DNA of 63,937 bases, the filler included, from Dugesia japonica (taxonomy: Eukaryota), in assembly GCA_001938525.1 (NCBI GenBank). It is 6 parts of 6 records of this genome, joined end to end, with 100 filler letters (N's around TTAATTAATTAA, not from the genome) between each part and the next. Parts side by side here need not be neighbours in the genome. Positions count along the whole stretch, not along the records: positions 24,388 to 32,925 come from MQRL01492944.1; positions 33,026 to 43,756 come from MQRL01612245.1; 4 more parts are not named here. The stretch is one strand, 5' to 3'. The position numbers and the translations under genes were made by a program. The notes beneath the pieces were generated by a model. That model did not search any database. It saw only the letters and a list, made by a program, of their open reading frames with translations, and was not told the origin of the DNA. Shown piece after piece: positions 26,010 through 39,700 of the stretch (within the stretch, counting starts at the first letter, position 1; each line of letters starts with the position of its first letter).

Positions 26010-29000
26010 GCAGATAGTAAAAAAGCAGAAGAAGAGAAAATTTGAGAAAGTTGAAGATTTAAAAGAAACGCTATCATTAGTTGAAAAAAATAGAATGAAG
26101 AAAACCTATTAACGTAGTAAATAGCTACGCGGGTGTAATACGTGAAAAACGTACTAAGGAGAGGAGAAATAATATTGACAGAGATGCGAAAAGAACAATC
26201 ACAGTCTTGGACATTCCAAAGTTATGGGCACACAAAAGAAAAGTGTCCAAATAATTCTCATGTAGAATGTTGAACTTGTTACAAGAACGAACATTTAAGT
26301 TGAAATTGTCCAGACACGAAGCCACCAAAATGTTTTGGGTGTGATAAAATCGGTCACATCAGAAGGATGTGCACAGAAATTATATGCGGTAGATGTAAAA
26401 GACCAGATCACAGACGAAAAATTGTTATTCGAACATTGACAAACTAAGACTAGAAGAAGGAAGATAATATTTTAAAAGCGGACAACAAACAAAAGATTGG
26501 AGTTAAACCAAACAAATCCATGCAATTCAAGAAGAGGGCGATGATGAAAATGAAGAGATATTTTCTTGAAAAATGAAAGTCCGATAAGAAAATACCTAAA
26601 AGGTAGGGCTCCATCAGTAAAGGAGTTGGTCGGAGCCATTCATTAAACAAGATACTGTTTGATAATCCTCAGGAGACTGAAAAATGGAATGAGACGAGTA
26701 AAGTGAGAGAAAAGATGTAGATTTCTAAAAAGAGAAATTTACAATGATGCAAAAGTTAACAAAGCATAAGTGATATTAACAATTGAAGAGAAACATAACA
26801 TAAAAATAACGTATGATAAGATTCAAGGAGGAACTAGCATTTCAGTGATGATCAAAGGTGAACAGTTTGATTGTTTTTTTAGATACAGGAGCACGAATAA
26901 ATGTAATGAGCATAAATTGATTTAGTTTACTCGATGAAACAATGTTAGAAAAAAGCAAGGAACGTTTGCATTGCACGAATAACAGTTCATTGAAGATAAT
27001 TGTAAACATACGTGTGGAAGTTGTAGTTTCAGAGCTGTGCAAGGAAGTAACATTTATAATAGTACAAAAATTAATACCAAATCTAATTGATGGAGTGGAA
27101 TTTCACAATTCTTTTGGGTATCATCTTTAAAGAAAGTGTAGGGTAGACATCAATAATCAACAAGACAAATTTGTTTGCAACATCAAGGCAAAAGTTGGAA
27201 GGCAGATACAGACAGACAAATGATTGAGACATGCAATGGAGATTCTAGAAATTAACAAAGATTATAGATTGACTGCAATTATTCAGAATAATGAGGATGC
27301 AATTATGGTGGACAAATGGGACATTTGATGCACAAAGTTAACGAAACATTGAATAATCACTAAAGGAGGTCCAATAAAAATCAAACCGTGTAATCAACCA
27401 ATGAATTTAGAAAAAAAGATTGAAGAGGCCATCAAGAATCTGTATGATAACGATATCATCCAGAAGTGTAATTCTTAATGGAATACATGGTTAATTTGCG
27501 TTTGGAAAAAGGCAAAAAAGGATATACGATTATGCTTAGATTTTACGCAGCTCAATTCAATAACAGAAAAACAAGCTTTTCATATACCAAATTTGGACAA
27601 AATGCAGGATGCTTTGGAAGGTACGCAGTATTTTAGCTTAATAAACTTGGGAAATGCATACTATCAAGTGAAACTCAGTGAAGATTCTCAAGAGAAGACG
27701 GTATTCTTGACCAAACCAGGTCAATTTAGATTTAATAGAATGCCTTTCGGAATTACGACAGCACGAGGTACGTTCCAGGAAATGATGAATAAAGTAATCG
27801 AGAAAATAAAAGGAGCCATGGTTTATCTAGATAATATTCTCATATTTATTGAAAAAAAGGAGCAACACTATCAAATAGTCAATAACATATTGACAGAAAT
27901 TAAGAATGCTGGTCTAAGATTTAGTCCGGAGAAATGTCAATTCATGCAAAAAGAGATCAAATATTTCGGACACGTTATCAGTAAAGAAGGTGTCAAAGCA
28001 GATCCAACTAAAATAGAAGCAATTAAAAACTTTGGTAAGCCTCAAATGTGTAAAGAAGATTAAAAGCGTTTTGGGAATTTGCAATTACAATCGCAAGTTT
28101 ATTAAAGATTATTCGAAAAAAAGCTAGATTTCTTTAAAAACTGTATAGTGGACCGAGTAACCAAAGGATTGAATAAACGAACGAATCAGAAAACGTTTTT
28201 ATAGAATGAAAGAAGAACTAATGATGTCTTCAATATAATATTGATTTATTTTGGACAGGGAAGCGAGTTTCAACACGGTTGGTAAAGTACTATCTCAAAG
28301 GGACAACAATTGAATATGGGTCAACGCAATGACGAGTCATGAGAAAGGATGTTGTACAACGCAGAAAGAATTACACTCAATTCACTGCTTTTGTATTCAT
28401 TTCAAACACTACTTATATGGAAAGTGATTTATCCTTAGAACAGACCATAAAGCTATCACTTTTATGCTTAATACCAAGGAACCGATCACATCACAGTTTC
28501 AAACTTGAATTAATTATTTCAGCTATTTAGATATAAAATTGGGATATAGAAAGGGTCACTTCATAAAAATACAGATATGTTGTCAAGGAGTAAATGCGAT
28601 ACATGTGAAAAATGTCTAATTTCACATGTAAATCCCAATAGTGGAAATCTTTAGAGAAAATGATGATAAAACGTAGATATCTGATGATAAAATAGAGGAG
28701 GTTATACTGAGGATACACCATCTATTATGTCATACCGAAGCAGAAAAATTAGCAACGTATATGAAACATAAATATAACGCAAAACAGTCGTGGAGCAAAG
28801 TACAAGAAGTTGTCCAAAGCTGTATAACATGTCAGAAAGCTAGTGTTGATAACAAAACCGAAGGAAAAAACAAAAATAACACTGCTAGCCAACATTTTTG
28901 AGTTGTTGGCATAAATTTGTGTGGACCATTGCAGGAGATAAGAAATCGAAAAATATATGTTCTCGGTATAATAGATCAATGCAGTAAGGATGTAGCTTTG

Positions 29001-29700
29001 ATGGAAATTACAAAACAAGATGGAGATACCATACAGAAAGCAATAATTGAGAAGTGAATAATAAATTTTTCGGTGTCAAAGAAAAATTACAGTTGATTGT
29101 GAAAGAGCATTTAAATCTAAACCAATTGAAGAATTTGCAACTAAATATGGAATTAACCTCAAGGTTTTGAGTCCATATCATCATAACATAAATGCGCAAA
29201 TTGAGAGGCAGTTTAGAACTACGCGAAATATGATGAATGCAACACTTAAAGTAAGGAAAACCTCAAATTGGAAGATGTACTGTCGGAGATAGAATTTGCT
29301 TGGAGTACTACAAAACAGAAGACCACCTGCTGAAATCATATCTGTGAAGAAAATAAACATAGAAAAATGGTACGAAACCGATACTTTAAGAGTGCACAAA
29401 GTACAAGATAAGATATATTTACCAAAAGATGATTCAAAGTTGGTGATAAGGTCCTAATGAAAGTTGAAACAAGAACCAAGAACGATATTAAGGACTCTAT
29501 AAGATCAAGAGAAAGGTTAACGTCAGACGTTACACCCTGGAAGATACAAACAGAAAATGTCTTGAAAGAAACGTAGAAAAGATCAAATAAATTCTTAAAA
29601 AAGGGTATGTAAGATAGTTTTAAAAAGCAGATTTAAATTTTTTGTATTTTGAAACAGAATTTATTAAAATCGGATTTGTTAAATATTTAAATTCAATCAT
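26010..29700 (+). mobile_element. Decayed Ty3/Gypsy element (related to 5392-12027): gag 3' half, pol, PPT and start of 3' LTR
   Basis: Zinc knuckles, LDTGA protease, RT (MPFG, VYLDNIL), RNase H (FKHYLYG), integrase (SPYHH...IERQFRT), AAAAAGGG then TGTAAG at about 29608. Confidence 0.9.
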
Positions 29701-29719
29701 TTAAATAATTTGTGAAACA

Positions 29720-30110
29720 AGAAGATTCAATGGCCAAACGAACTAGAAGAAGTTTTTAATGAAATGAAAGAAGCACTAATGATGTCTGCAATGTTATGTT
29801 TTTTAAATACAATTAGAAAATTTATTTCGGATACGAATGCGAGTTTCGACACGATTGATGTAGTACTATCTCAAAAAGACAACAATGGACTGAAAGAGTA
29901 ATTGCATATGGGTCACACGCAATAACGAGTAATGAGAAAAGATATTGTACTACGCTGAAAGAATTACTCGCAATTTACTACTTTTGTATTCATTTCAAAC
30001 AACACTTATATGGGAAGAGATTTTTTATTTATACGCTAAATACCAAGAACCCAATCACATCACAGTTTCAAACTTGGCTTAATTATTTGAGCAGTTTTGA
30101 TATAAAATTT
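29720..30110 (+). pseudogene. Extra Gypsy RNase H fragment
   Basis: Paralogous to 28150-28540 (DTNASFDTI...VIAYGS...KELLAIY). Confidence 0.8.
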
Positions 30111-31488
30111 AAATCTGCTCCCAGCTCAGGTAAAGGTCCGTCTGAGGTTTTAATCTTATCTAAACTCTCAAAAATTATAACTCAAATCAAACAAAATTGA
30201 TTAATATAATAACTTTATTTCTCTACTACAGGGTTAATCATGTTATAGCACTTTATAATCCGATTTAAGTTTCTTTAAAATTTTGACATCTTTATTAAAC
30301 TTTGACCCTAGTTTGTGTTTATTCGTAACTTTATTATTCCATTCACGTTTAGTGATTCGTTTTTATAAAAATTATATTAATATGACTGCACTTTTTTAAC
30401 TAGCTATTTATATTAGTGTGTACATCATAATAGTATAAAAATCTAGTTTGATATGTTTAATAATCATTTTGAGCATAACTAACTTTTAATAATAATAATA
30501 AAAATACGTTAAAATTTTATGATTTTTTAGGAAGTTATCATTTTATTTACATTTTCATTGCTTAACTCTTATCAATAGTACAATCTGATATTATACCACT
30601 TTAATTGATCTATGAATATCTTTATATTACATGATATTTTATATATAATTAATTTTGTTACTAAATTAATTCTTTGCTATAATATAAAATATTTAATTTT
30701 ATTTTCCAATGATTTTCTTAACATTTACTTCATGTAAACTAGAAGAAGACCTTTTGTTTATCATGCCAAATGGAAATTAATTGATTGTTCTAATTTCTTC
30801 ATGCACGTTAAATAGTGAGCAGACTCTTGAGTTTACTCATGTTAACCTGATTAATGATCAATTGATTTCAGAATGGTTTAAATAGATGTACATTTTCATT
30901 GTAGCGGGAGCCACGCTCGTCGATTTTTCAGGTATTATTTTGGTTTTATTTTTTTTTTATCTTTATTTTATCTTTTTGTTATTATTGTTAATTGGTTTTA
31001 ATTAATATTATAAATATTTTCCTTAAAATTCTACTTCAATGTTTCCTACTATTAGTACTTTAATAATCATTAGATAATAATCATCATAATAATCATGCAT
31101 CATTGCAATTTCATCGTTAGTACATTCATATTTCTATTATTTTTCATTCATCAAACTAAAAACAACTTAAAAACTAATTAGATAATTGCATTATTCTTTA
31201 CAAGAATTATTATTTTCCCTATTTTATTATTCTTTCATTTAAAATTCATTTACAAATTGCAGTTATTCTTCTCATGATTCTTAATTATTATTTCACATTT
31301 TAGTCTAGTTTCACTCATTATTATTAATAAATTTTTATTTAGAGTTTTATTTTACTTGTTATTACAATAGATATTCTTCTGAAAAACAACTAGTAAAGAA
31401 ATCATCATGTTTTTTTAGATAGATTATAAGATTTTGAGTAAACATTTATATCCTGTTTCTAACTACCACTGAGTATATAAATAAGAAT

Positions 31489-31860
31489 TTGAAACTGGAT
31501 ATTAGTGATTTTAAAGTGTTGAAGAGTATTTTAAATAAAGGAGTTAATATTTGTAAATTTGAAAAAGTTATTGGCTTAGTGGTTTTTAATGATTTTGATT
31601 ATTTCGCCAAGATGGAAGCAGTTTTAAATGGTCTACAGTTTTTAAAGATCGACAAAATGCGGAAAAATGGAAAATTATCACCAATGAAAGATGAGAAATA
31701 TTTAAATAAATTGATTAATAATCTAATCTCAAGTGAACATATATCTAAAGAACTGGCTAAAAGTCTACATTCTAAAGGATCTCAACCAGCAAAACTATAT
31801 GGTTTACCTAAAGTTCACAAAAATGGAGTTCCTGTGTGACCGGTTTTATCTATGGTTTGT
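31489..31860 (+). pseudogene. Penelope-like RT N-terminal fragment
   Basis: DYFAKMEAVLN...PAKLYGLPKVHKNGVPV*PVLS matches the PLE signature LYGLPKxHK..PxRPIxS. Confidence 0.85.
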
Positions 31861-31989
31861 ACAACAACACGAATGCAGGTTAAACAAAGACATTGCAACA
31901 TGAATGCAACTATAACAAAGAACATAAATCATACTTGTGTAAGTTCTGCAAAGAAAATACAACAAGCTCAAGTACGACTAAGCAAAATA

Positions 31990-32925
31990 AGAGTTTATAT
32001 GGGTTTTTTAAATACAAATTTGAAGAGTTAATAGGGTTTTGTATGGGTTTATAGAGTTAATTTAGGGTCTTATAGGGCAAATATAGGGATTTTATATGGT
32101 CTTATGGTGTATCTATAAGGCTTGTATAGGGGTTATAATGTTTCTTTAAAGGTTTTATAATATAACTTTATGGTTTATATGGTTGTTATCGGGGTTTACA
32201 TAGTCATTATATGATTTTAGTAGAGTTTTATATGGTTGATGGAGTTTATATAGTGTTTATATAATTTTAATTATATGATTTTACATGCCTTCTATATGGA
32301 TTTATATGATCATATTGATCAAATGTTACAAAATTTGACATATGTCAATGTTATATTTCCAAACATAGACTATATTTCAATGTAATTTTTCGATACCTTC
32401 AATGATGTCTATGTAATTCTACAAACATGGCATATATGTCTATAAAATCTCTTCGAAACTTACATAGATGTTAATAGAGTCTAATAAAAACAAATCCGAT
32501 AGAGTCGTATGCACAAAAAACCAATGGGTCTTATAAACACAAAACCAATGGATCTTAAACATAAAAAACCAATGAGTTTTATACACAAAATAAACCAAAT
32601 AGAGTAATATAATACACACGATTAACAATATAGAGCCATATAATACAGACAATACATCATAAAGACTTTATATTATACAGCAATATAATATATACAATAA
32701 ACCTTATAAAGTTACTTGAATACATATAATAAACCAAATAAAGTCATATACTACACACGATAAATCCAATATGGTCTTATAATACACACAAAGCTCTCAA
32801 TAGGGTCACAAAATACACACAATAAACCCTACAGAGTAATATAATACATACAATTAATAATATAAGGTCATATAATAAAAACAATACACACATTATATAG
32901 TAATATAATAATATAATAGTAATAT
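31990..32925. repeat. Degenerate foldback-like low-complexity repeat
   Basis: G/T-rich (TATAGGG/GGTTTT) arm at 31990-32310 and complementary C/A-rich arm at 32500-32900; similar layout at 23770-24287. Confidence 0.45.
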
Positions 32926-33025
32926 NNNNNNNNNNNNNNNNNNNNNNNNNNNNNNNNNNNNNNNNNNNNTTAATTAATTAANNNNNNNNNNNNNNNNNNN
33001 NNNNNNNNNNNNNNNNNNNNNNNNN
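32926..33025. other. Artificial contig-join spacer
   Basis: N44-TTAATTAATTAA-N44. Confidence 0.97.
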
Positions 33026-33700
33026 ATTGCAGAAATCGGTAATAGTACTGAATTTCAAAATAAAATTCAAGATGAATATAATAAAATTCAACAACTATCA
33101 GTAGTTAGTAAATCTGTTTTAACGCCTGAATTTAGTATTTAATTCTTCATAAAACGTTTTATACATATGCAACTTTGATTATTCTAATATAACAAAAACC
33201 AATGTAAATTGGTTTATTCATTTGTATTTGTTTCTTAACAAAATGACAAGCAAAGAGATTTTCATCAAATTGTTTTAAACTTTTAAATGTTGGTTTAGAA
33301 GTTTTTTTTATAAATTGCTTTTCAGTATTAATTAATTCGATATTTTATAATAGTAATATTGTTGAGCATCGGAGAAAATGTAGAAAATCAATAGGGTGTT
33401 CTGATTTTAAAATTCTGAGAAGTGGATTTAATAATTATCGGGAGAGAGTGATGTGTGAAGCTTTGCTGATAATGGCATTTAATCCTAAAATTAATGTTCA
33501 GTTGACGGATTCAACATCGCTCTTAAAATTATTTTATTGAAATTTTTATTGAGATTGCCCAATTGAAATTATATAATCATTTAAACTTTGTAAAAAGTTT
33601 GTTTTTATATTCTTTAATTGCCTGACGATGACAGTTATTCCGTCAAAATTGATCGCAAATAAAAAATGGTTGTCAATTATATATATATAGTTTTTATATA
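33026..33700 (+). mobile_element. Penelope-like element 3' end (GIY-YIG C-terminus and pLTR)
   Basis: VEHRRKCRKSIGCSDFKILRSGFNNYRERVMCEALLIMAFNPKINVQ, followed by a hammerhead and AATAAA. Confidence 0.7.
33618..33658 (+). ncRNA. Minimal type I hammerhead ribozyme (one core mutation)
   Basis: TTGC-CTGACGA-T-GAC agttattcc GTC-AAAA-TTG-ATC-GCAA: CUGANGA core, stems I and II, NUH=AUC; GAAA reads AAAA (CpG-type decay). Confidence 0.65.
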
Positions 33701-35389
33701 TAGTTTATAAATTTTAATAATTATTTCACGTTAGCAATGAAAGGATAATTTAATAAAACTACTTTTTTGCACACTAAATTTAAATAGATTAATTAATTAA
33801 TCGAGATCAAGCGTATTTGAAAATGGATTATTAAAATGAAATATTTTCAATAATCTATTAATCTAAATTTAAGATTTTATAAAATAAAATCAATAATAAT
33901 CAATAAAGACAAATCTAAATCATAAAAACCCAAACAAACCAGATTTTATTTATTATTTGATGATGAAGTACTGCAATTATCGATAGCAACGCACGTTGGT
34001 AAAAAAAATAAAGAAAATAAAGAAAAGTATTTTATTGAATAAAGCAGTCTTTGTGAAAATGATAAATAAAAACTGACACACTTGTTTAATTTTATGTTTG
34101 TTTGAGATAAAGAAAACTCATTAAATTGAAATTATTCTCATTGCTTTATTTAACATTTGTAGTGATAACAAATATCTATAAATATCAATTATTTTACATA
34201 TTGAATAGTCCACAAGTATTATACAATCAATTGTGACTTAATATATNNNNNNNNNNNNNNNNNNNNNNNNNNNNNNNNNNNNNNNNNNNNNNNNNNNNNN
34301 NNNNNNNTTTATCGATGGAATTATAAAAAATTATTGGAAATCAGTAAAATGCATGATTTTGGTATAAATAGAGTGATTTCTCAGTCAGATCACCCTGTTT
34401 TTATTGAAATCTCGAGTGAAGTCAAATTTTACACGAACTGACACTTCCGAGATAAAAATCATAACGTTGAATAAGCTGTAATAATTTTAATTGTTAATAA
34501 AAGTTTCTTTTAAGTAATTAGTTTATATTTTGCTAAATAGTTGACTATAGTATTCTATATAAATATAATTTATATATATTAACGATATTAAGGTTACATA
34601 AGGAATTTATATCAGTTTATTATACTTATTTTAGATTATCTTAAAATCTTAACAAAACTAATAAACTCGCGCAATTTTTTACTTGAGTTCATAATAATCC
34701 CGAATTCATCTCAAAATTTAAATACCTAATTATCAGTGAATAAAATTAATCATTTGACTTTAACTTATACATTGTTATATGGTTTCGTTATGGAAAATGT
34801 GAAAATAATGGTTCATAGTTGAAAGTACTAGCTTCCTCATAAAAAAGTTATCGACTTATTGATAAGAAAAGTTTAAAATAGAAAATACTGGTTTGGTCAT
34901 ATAAAAATATTTGATAGATTAAATATACTCACTAATTATATTACATTTATTTTATACATACAGTCATTTAATATGTTTAATTAGTCTACTTTAGTCACCT
35001 TTTGTAATTTTCATCTATTTTATATCACTTTGCCATATTTTTAGCAATTTTTCAACATTTATCCCTATTTAACGTATTTGCCCAATTCCCCCATATTTTC
35101 CAATATTTATCTTTATTTAGTCATATTTTTAGTCATTTTCCAAATAATCATCAACTTGTAATATAAAAGTTTAATAAATTATTATAATTATAATAATTTT
35201 ATCCATAAAGCTTTTCTTAGCCTTTCAAATTAATTAAATAATTAAATCCTCAAATAGAAATTTTATTCAATCAAAGTAAAATAATTAAAGAAAAATTGAT
35301 TAAGTTTCAAAATTAATCAAACAGTACAATTACTACCAATGAAAAGCAAGACTAGCAAAAGAGGGATAAAAATAGTAAAGAGTGAAGAT

Positions 35390-35560
35390 CTGCGAAGAGC
35401 GAGAAGACCAATGATGGCTGATGACTAGTCAGCAGAGTATTGATGACTGAAGACTAGTGCAAAATATTGATAACTGAGAACCAGTGAGCAGTGCACAGAG
35501 TTTTGATGACTGAGGACCAGCGGAAAGTGAGAAAACCAGTGTGAGAAAATACCAATGAAG
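35390..35560. repeat. Degenerate minisatellite (about 26-33 bp unit)
   Basis: Recurrent (A/T)TTGAT(G/A)ACTGA(A/G)(G/A)AC(T/C)AG. Confidence 0.6.
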
Positions 35561-37406
35561 AGTAAATTATCACCTAAAAGATTCAAAGAGCATATCTAAT
35601 TCGATAAAAACTTTGACATATAAACATTAATACTGTTCTCAACCATCTATTATTCAATATTAATAGAAAACAACCCTAAAGGAAGAACTTGCTTTTTGAT
35701 TTATTTCATTAAGGATAACGNTTGACGATTATTATACTAACATTAATGAATTTTATGTTTGTATAATCGCATCAAATCAATTGAAAAACATCTGTAATCA
35801 TTTTATATGACATGATTTATTTTGTCATAATCTTAAAATTTAGATAAACAATAAGTGACTTTTTTAATTTTTAAATAGATTTTAATTTAAATATTTAGAA
35901 AAATGAAATATTCAACTAAATGTTATGAAAAAAATGGAAATTAATTGAATAATGAAAATTTAATCCGGTTATTTTTATTTAATTTAAAATATTAATTGAT
36001 TTGTGTAGTGTTACTTATGATTTTAATTTGGATTTAGAGTAAAATAATATGAATGATGCATGTATTTTAGTTAAANNNNNNNNNNNNNNNTTAATTATAT
36101 TAATATTTTAAAAAATCTTGTTTAAATTCATTGTTTGAATTAAATGTAAACGTTGAAATTTCAAAATTGATTTTGATTTGTTTTAGAAATTACACATACA
36201 AAATATAGTTTTATATAGTTTTAAAATATGTGTAGATTTTCTTTAAGTTTCTTAGAATTTTAATAAATTTATATAAAAGTTTAATAAATATACTAAGTTC
36301 CATAACCTTTCTTGGATTTCATTAGATTTTCACCAACCATCCAACTAAACCATTAAATAACATGAATTATGCTCTATATTTTAAGAATTATATGAAAAAT
36401 ATAATGAAATCTAATAGGATTTGATTTCATTAAATTTTCACATTTTATTTTAATTATTATTAACAATGTATACTTTTCACATAATTTCACTTGTGAAATT
36501 TGAATTTATATGAATTTGATTATGATTTTATTGCTTCACTTACGATGAATTTGTCGAATTTTACTTAATGATGAATTAAATTTTGATAATTAGTTTAATA
36601 AATACAATTAACTTATTACAAATTTAATGTTAAAATTTTAAAACGTTGACTTTGAATTTTAATGTTCTCATGGACCAACTAATATTAAGAACTTGCTTTT
36701 TGATTTATTTCACTAGGAATAGAGATTATCGATTTTTATTACTCAGCATAAAATCCTCTATCGAAATTATATGGTTTCCTCATTAGAGATTACAATTATC
36801 CCTGATATCAACCAATAATAATAACTTGTTTTTAATTTTATTTCATCAATAATAAAGTTTGACGACTTTTAACCGTATTAATAATGATATTTTAAAATCT
36901 TTTATCGACTTTATGGTATATTGGTAATATGATCAGATGAAACCTCTACTATTTATGATTACTCAGATAAGATTAAATCAGAGCAATTCTTGCAACAACT
37001 CAATTGATTCAAATGATTGACGGTTAGGTCCCCAATTGCCCGGCAACTGTGGTGAACCATACACTCGATAAACTTTGGTTCAGTGACGAACAAATTAATA
37101 ATTTTATGGACACTTACTTGAATGAATATAGCTTTGTTCGTATTGANNNNNNNNNNNNNNNNNNNNNNNNNNNNNNNNNNNNNNNNNNNNNNNNNNNNNN
37201 NNNNNNNNNNNNNNNGGGATCCCTTGAAGAATTTTCCTAATGTCCCTGATTAAGTTATCGGTATAGAGTGGTTGACTTCCAACGCTTACTTGAAGTACAC
37301 ACTCGTACACCTCTATTTTTGGGTTCAATATTTCCCCATTATTTTAATTCAGTGAATATAAACAAATTCTAACAAAAAAATTTAAAAGAAGTTTATTTTT
37401 GTCAAT

Positions 37407-37766
37407 CTACATATAATTTAGCGCCTCAAGGTCCAACCACTGAGTGGGCTCGCCATTCATAAAATCGAAGGCGGCCTCATCGTCGTCACTGTTCCACCTT
37501 GTCCAAGCGCGCAGTTCTAATTGCGTGGACAAATCGGCGATGTAACCGTTTAGGAAATTAATTTTATTCTCCAAAATCTTCTTGGTCCGCTCGGCCAACT
37601 ACCCTTGTTTTTTGATTATGATGTCTAGCTTTTTAATTAATCTATTTTGTTGGGTGAGATGTCGTAGTAAAGCGAGCTCATTTTGCCTCTTAATGTCTGT
37701 CCAGAAGGAGCTTTTGGATAAGGCGATGACACCGGCGGAGACTAGTTGGTAGTCGTATTCGTGGCA
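37407..37766 (-). pseudogene. Long-LTR ORF-D exon
   Basis: ttag|TG CCA CGA: PRIRLPTSLRRCHRLIQ...DDDEAAFDFMNGEPTQWLD, homologous to 59638-60020; one stop and a frameshift; AATAAA follows. Confidence 0.7.
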
Positions 37767-37860
37767 CTAAGAATAAAGAGATGATGAGTCAACATAACGA
37801 GACAATCAAGATATCGAAGTAGTTCTAGTAAGATTTATTCAATGCAAAACATTTAAATAT

Positions 37861-38215
37861 TTAATTTCGAGATTGGGTGACTTTGTCCATCATTAATGGC
37901 TCCAGGAGAATACTTTTTCTTAACTCAAGAACCTCGGTGACCAGCTTATTTTTACGGTCATGGAGGAACTCAATAATATCTGCAAAAGATTCTACCAGGT
38001 GTTTCCAAGCACGCTCCTGAGCATGGTAGACCTCTGCTTCTACTCAGTAACTACGGCATTTATTCTGATACCTCTTTACTTTGGCGTTTGCCGTGGCTAT
38101 TTCGGCCTGCTATTTTCGTTTTGCTAATTTTTAAAGATCCCAGGAAATATCTATGCCCTTGCTATCTTCTCGGACCTTTTTTGTGGGAAAACGGATTGAT
38201 TCAGCGATGAATGCA
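37861..38215 (-). pseudogene. Long-LTR ORF-C exon (coiled-coil, ends DKVTQSRN)
   Basis: ttag|TG CAT TCA; homologous to 60133-60491; stops and a frameshift; AATAAA follows. Confidence 0.7.
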
Positions 38216-38426
38216 CTAAATAAGATACTTGTGTAATTAAATTAGGGATTAAGATGATAGAGTAAACAAGGAAAAACTTATCTTATTTCGTAATTCCAGA
38301 TTTATAAGTTAAATGACACAAAATAATTTTCATAAATATTCACCTATGACCAAAATTACGAAATTGGACAAAATATTTAAGACAGATAAAACCGATCATT
38401 TAATCGATGACACGGAAAAACATTTA

Positions 38427-38821
38427 TTAAAAATAACAAAAAAATGTTATGTTAAAAAATGTTTTTAAAAAAAAGATAAATTCAGTTCTCTGCATTTTCG
38501 ACGTTCTCCATATTCTCTGTTTTTTGCTGGAAGCCGGTTCCCTAATGCCCCAAAGTAAGTTGGTGATAAACGCACTTACAGTATGGGGTGGGCCGGAAGC
38601 TCTATATGCGAACTGGGTTACCAATTGCTGTATGGGACCACTCCAATTTTAATAATTCTGGCGTTCACCGAAATCGTGAATACGCCCAACTAAGGCCTTT
38701 ACAAGTGGCAAATTTGTGCGGTCTGCCAATACGCCAGCGTCTCTGTTATAGGGGTTGACGTGTCGCCGAAATATCATTCTTCGAGTCCGCCTATCCCATA
38801 ATCTTTCCAAGATAATGTTCA
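38427..38821 (-). pseudogene. Long-LTR ORF-B exon
   Basis: ttag|TG AAC ATT: NIILERLWDRR...NLPLVKALVGRIHDFGERQNY*NWSGP...SAFITNLLWGIREP; homologous to 60755-61039 and 43365-43756. Confidence 0.7.
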
Positions 38822-38931
38822 CTAAAAATTTGANTATAGAATTAAAGTAAATAACAGATTAATCGTATAAATCAAGAAAAAACATTCAGATTATAAAGGG
38901 TTTTATTTTCACGATTAAATGAAGATTGGGA

Positions 38932-39136
38932 TTAAGTGTCATAGTCCACGTCCACCTTGGTCACAAAGCGGAACATTTCGCCGAGGCGTGATAAATATGT
39001 CTCGTCTGGGTGTTCTACTATTTGGGGAAACAGTAGATGTCCAATTAGTTGCTTTCTGCGCGCACAATGCCTTTCTTGACGGATGACATTCAAAGCTTCG
39101 CTTAATATATCGGACTTAGCCGTGGGTGTTTCAGAT
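38932..39136 (-). pseudogene. Long-LTR ORF-A exon
   Basis: SDILSEALNVIRQERHCARRKQLIGHLLFPQIVEHPDETYLSRLGEMF...; start codon appears mutated to AAG; AATAAA follows. Confidence 0.65.
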
Positions 39137-39274
39137 CTGAATAATATTATAGTATTATAATATCATAGTATTGATCACCGAAGGTGATAGCTAATGCAGG
39201 CAAACTTTATCTATAATAAAGCGAAACATTTATGACTACCGGAGTCGCTATTGGTATTAGGGGTAATAGCTTTA

Positions 39275-39490
39275 CTAATTCAGTATTAACAATATTACGA
39301 CGATAATAACCATAACGTTAGTAGCAATTATAATATCGATAATTATAGTGATAATAAAGTAATTACTACAAAAATTAATGATGATAATAATGACGATAGT
39401 AATAATAATAATGATAATAACGATTATAGTAATAATGATAGTAACTACATAAATAATAATGGGAATCATAATAAAAATCATGATAACTAC

Positions 39491-39556
<66 letters not shown>

Positions 39557-39606
39557 NNNNNNNNNNNNNNNNNNNNNNNNNNNNNNNNNNNNNNNNNNNN
39601 NNNNNN

Positions 39607-39674
<68 letters not shown>

Positions 39675-39700
39675 TGTTAATAATGTTGATAATAATAAAA
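39275..39700. repeat. Degenerate and perfect (AAT)n tract inside long LTR
   Basis: Same relative position as 61320-61830 and 42000-42930 in other copies. Confidence 0.85.

Noticed and set aside
35415-35470. CTGATGA as a hammerhead core
   Set aside because: No correctly placed GAAA or stem I; part of a minisatellite.
37104-37328. ORF MNPKIEVYECVLQ... as a fifth LTR cassette gene
   Set aside because: Homologous blocks at 47230-47410 and 59399-59575 do not keep the frame; it is the conserved LTR 3' terminal (R/U5-like) sequence.
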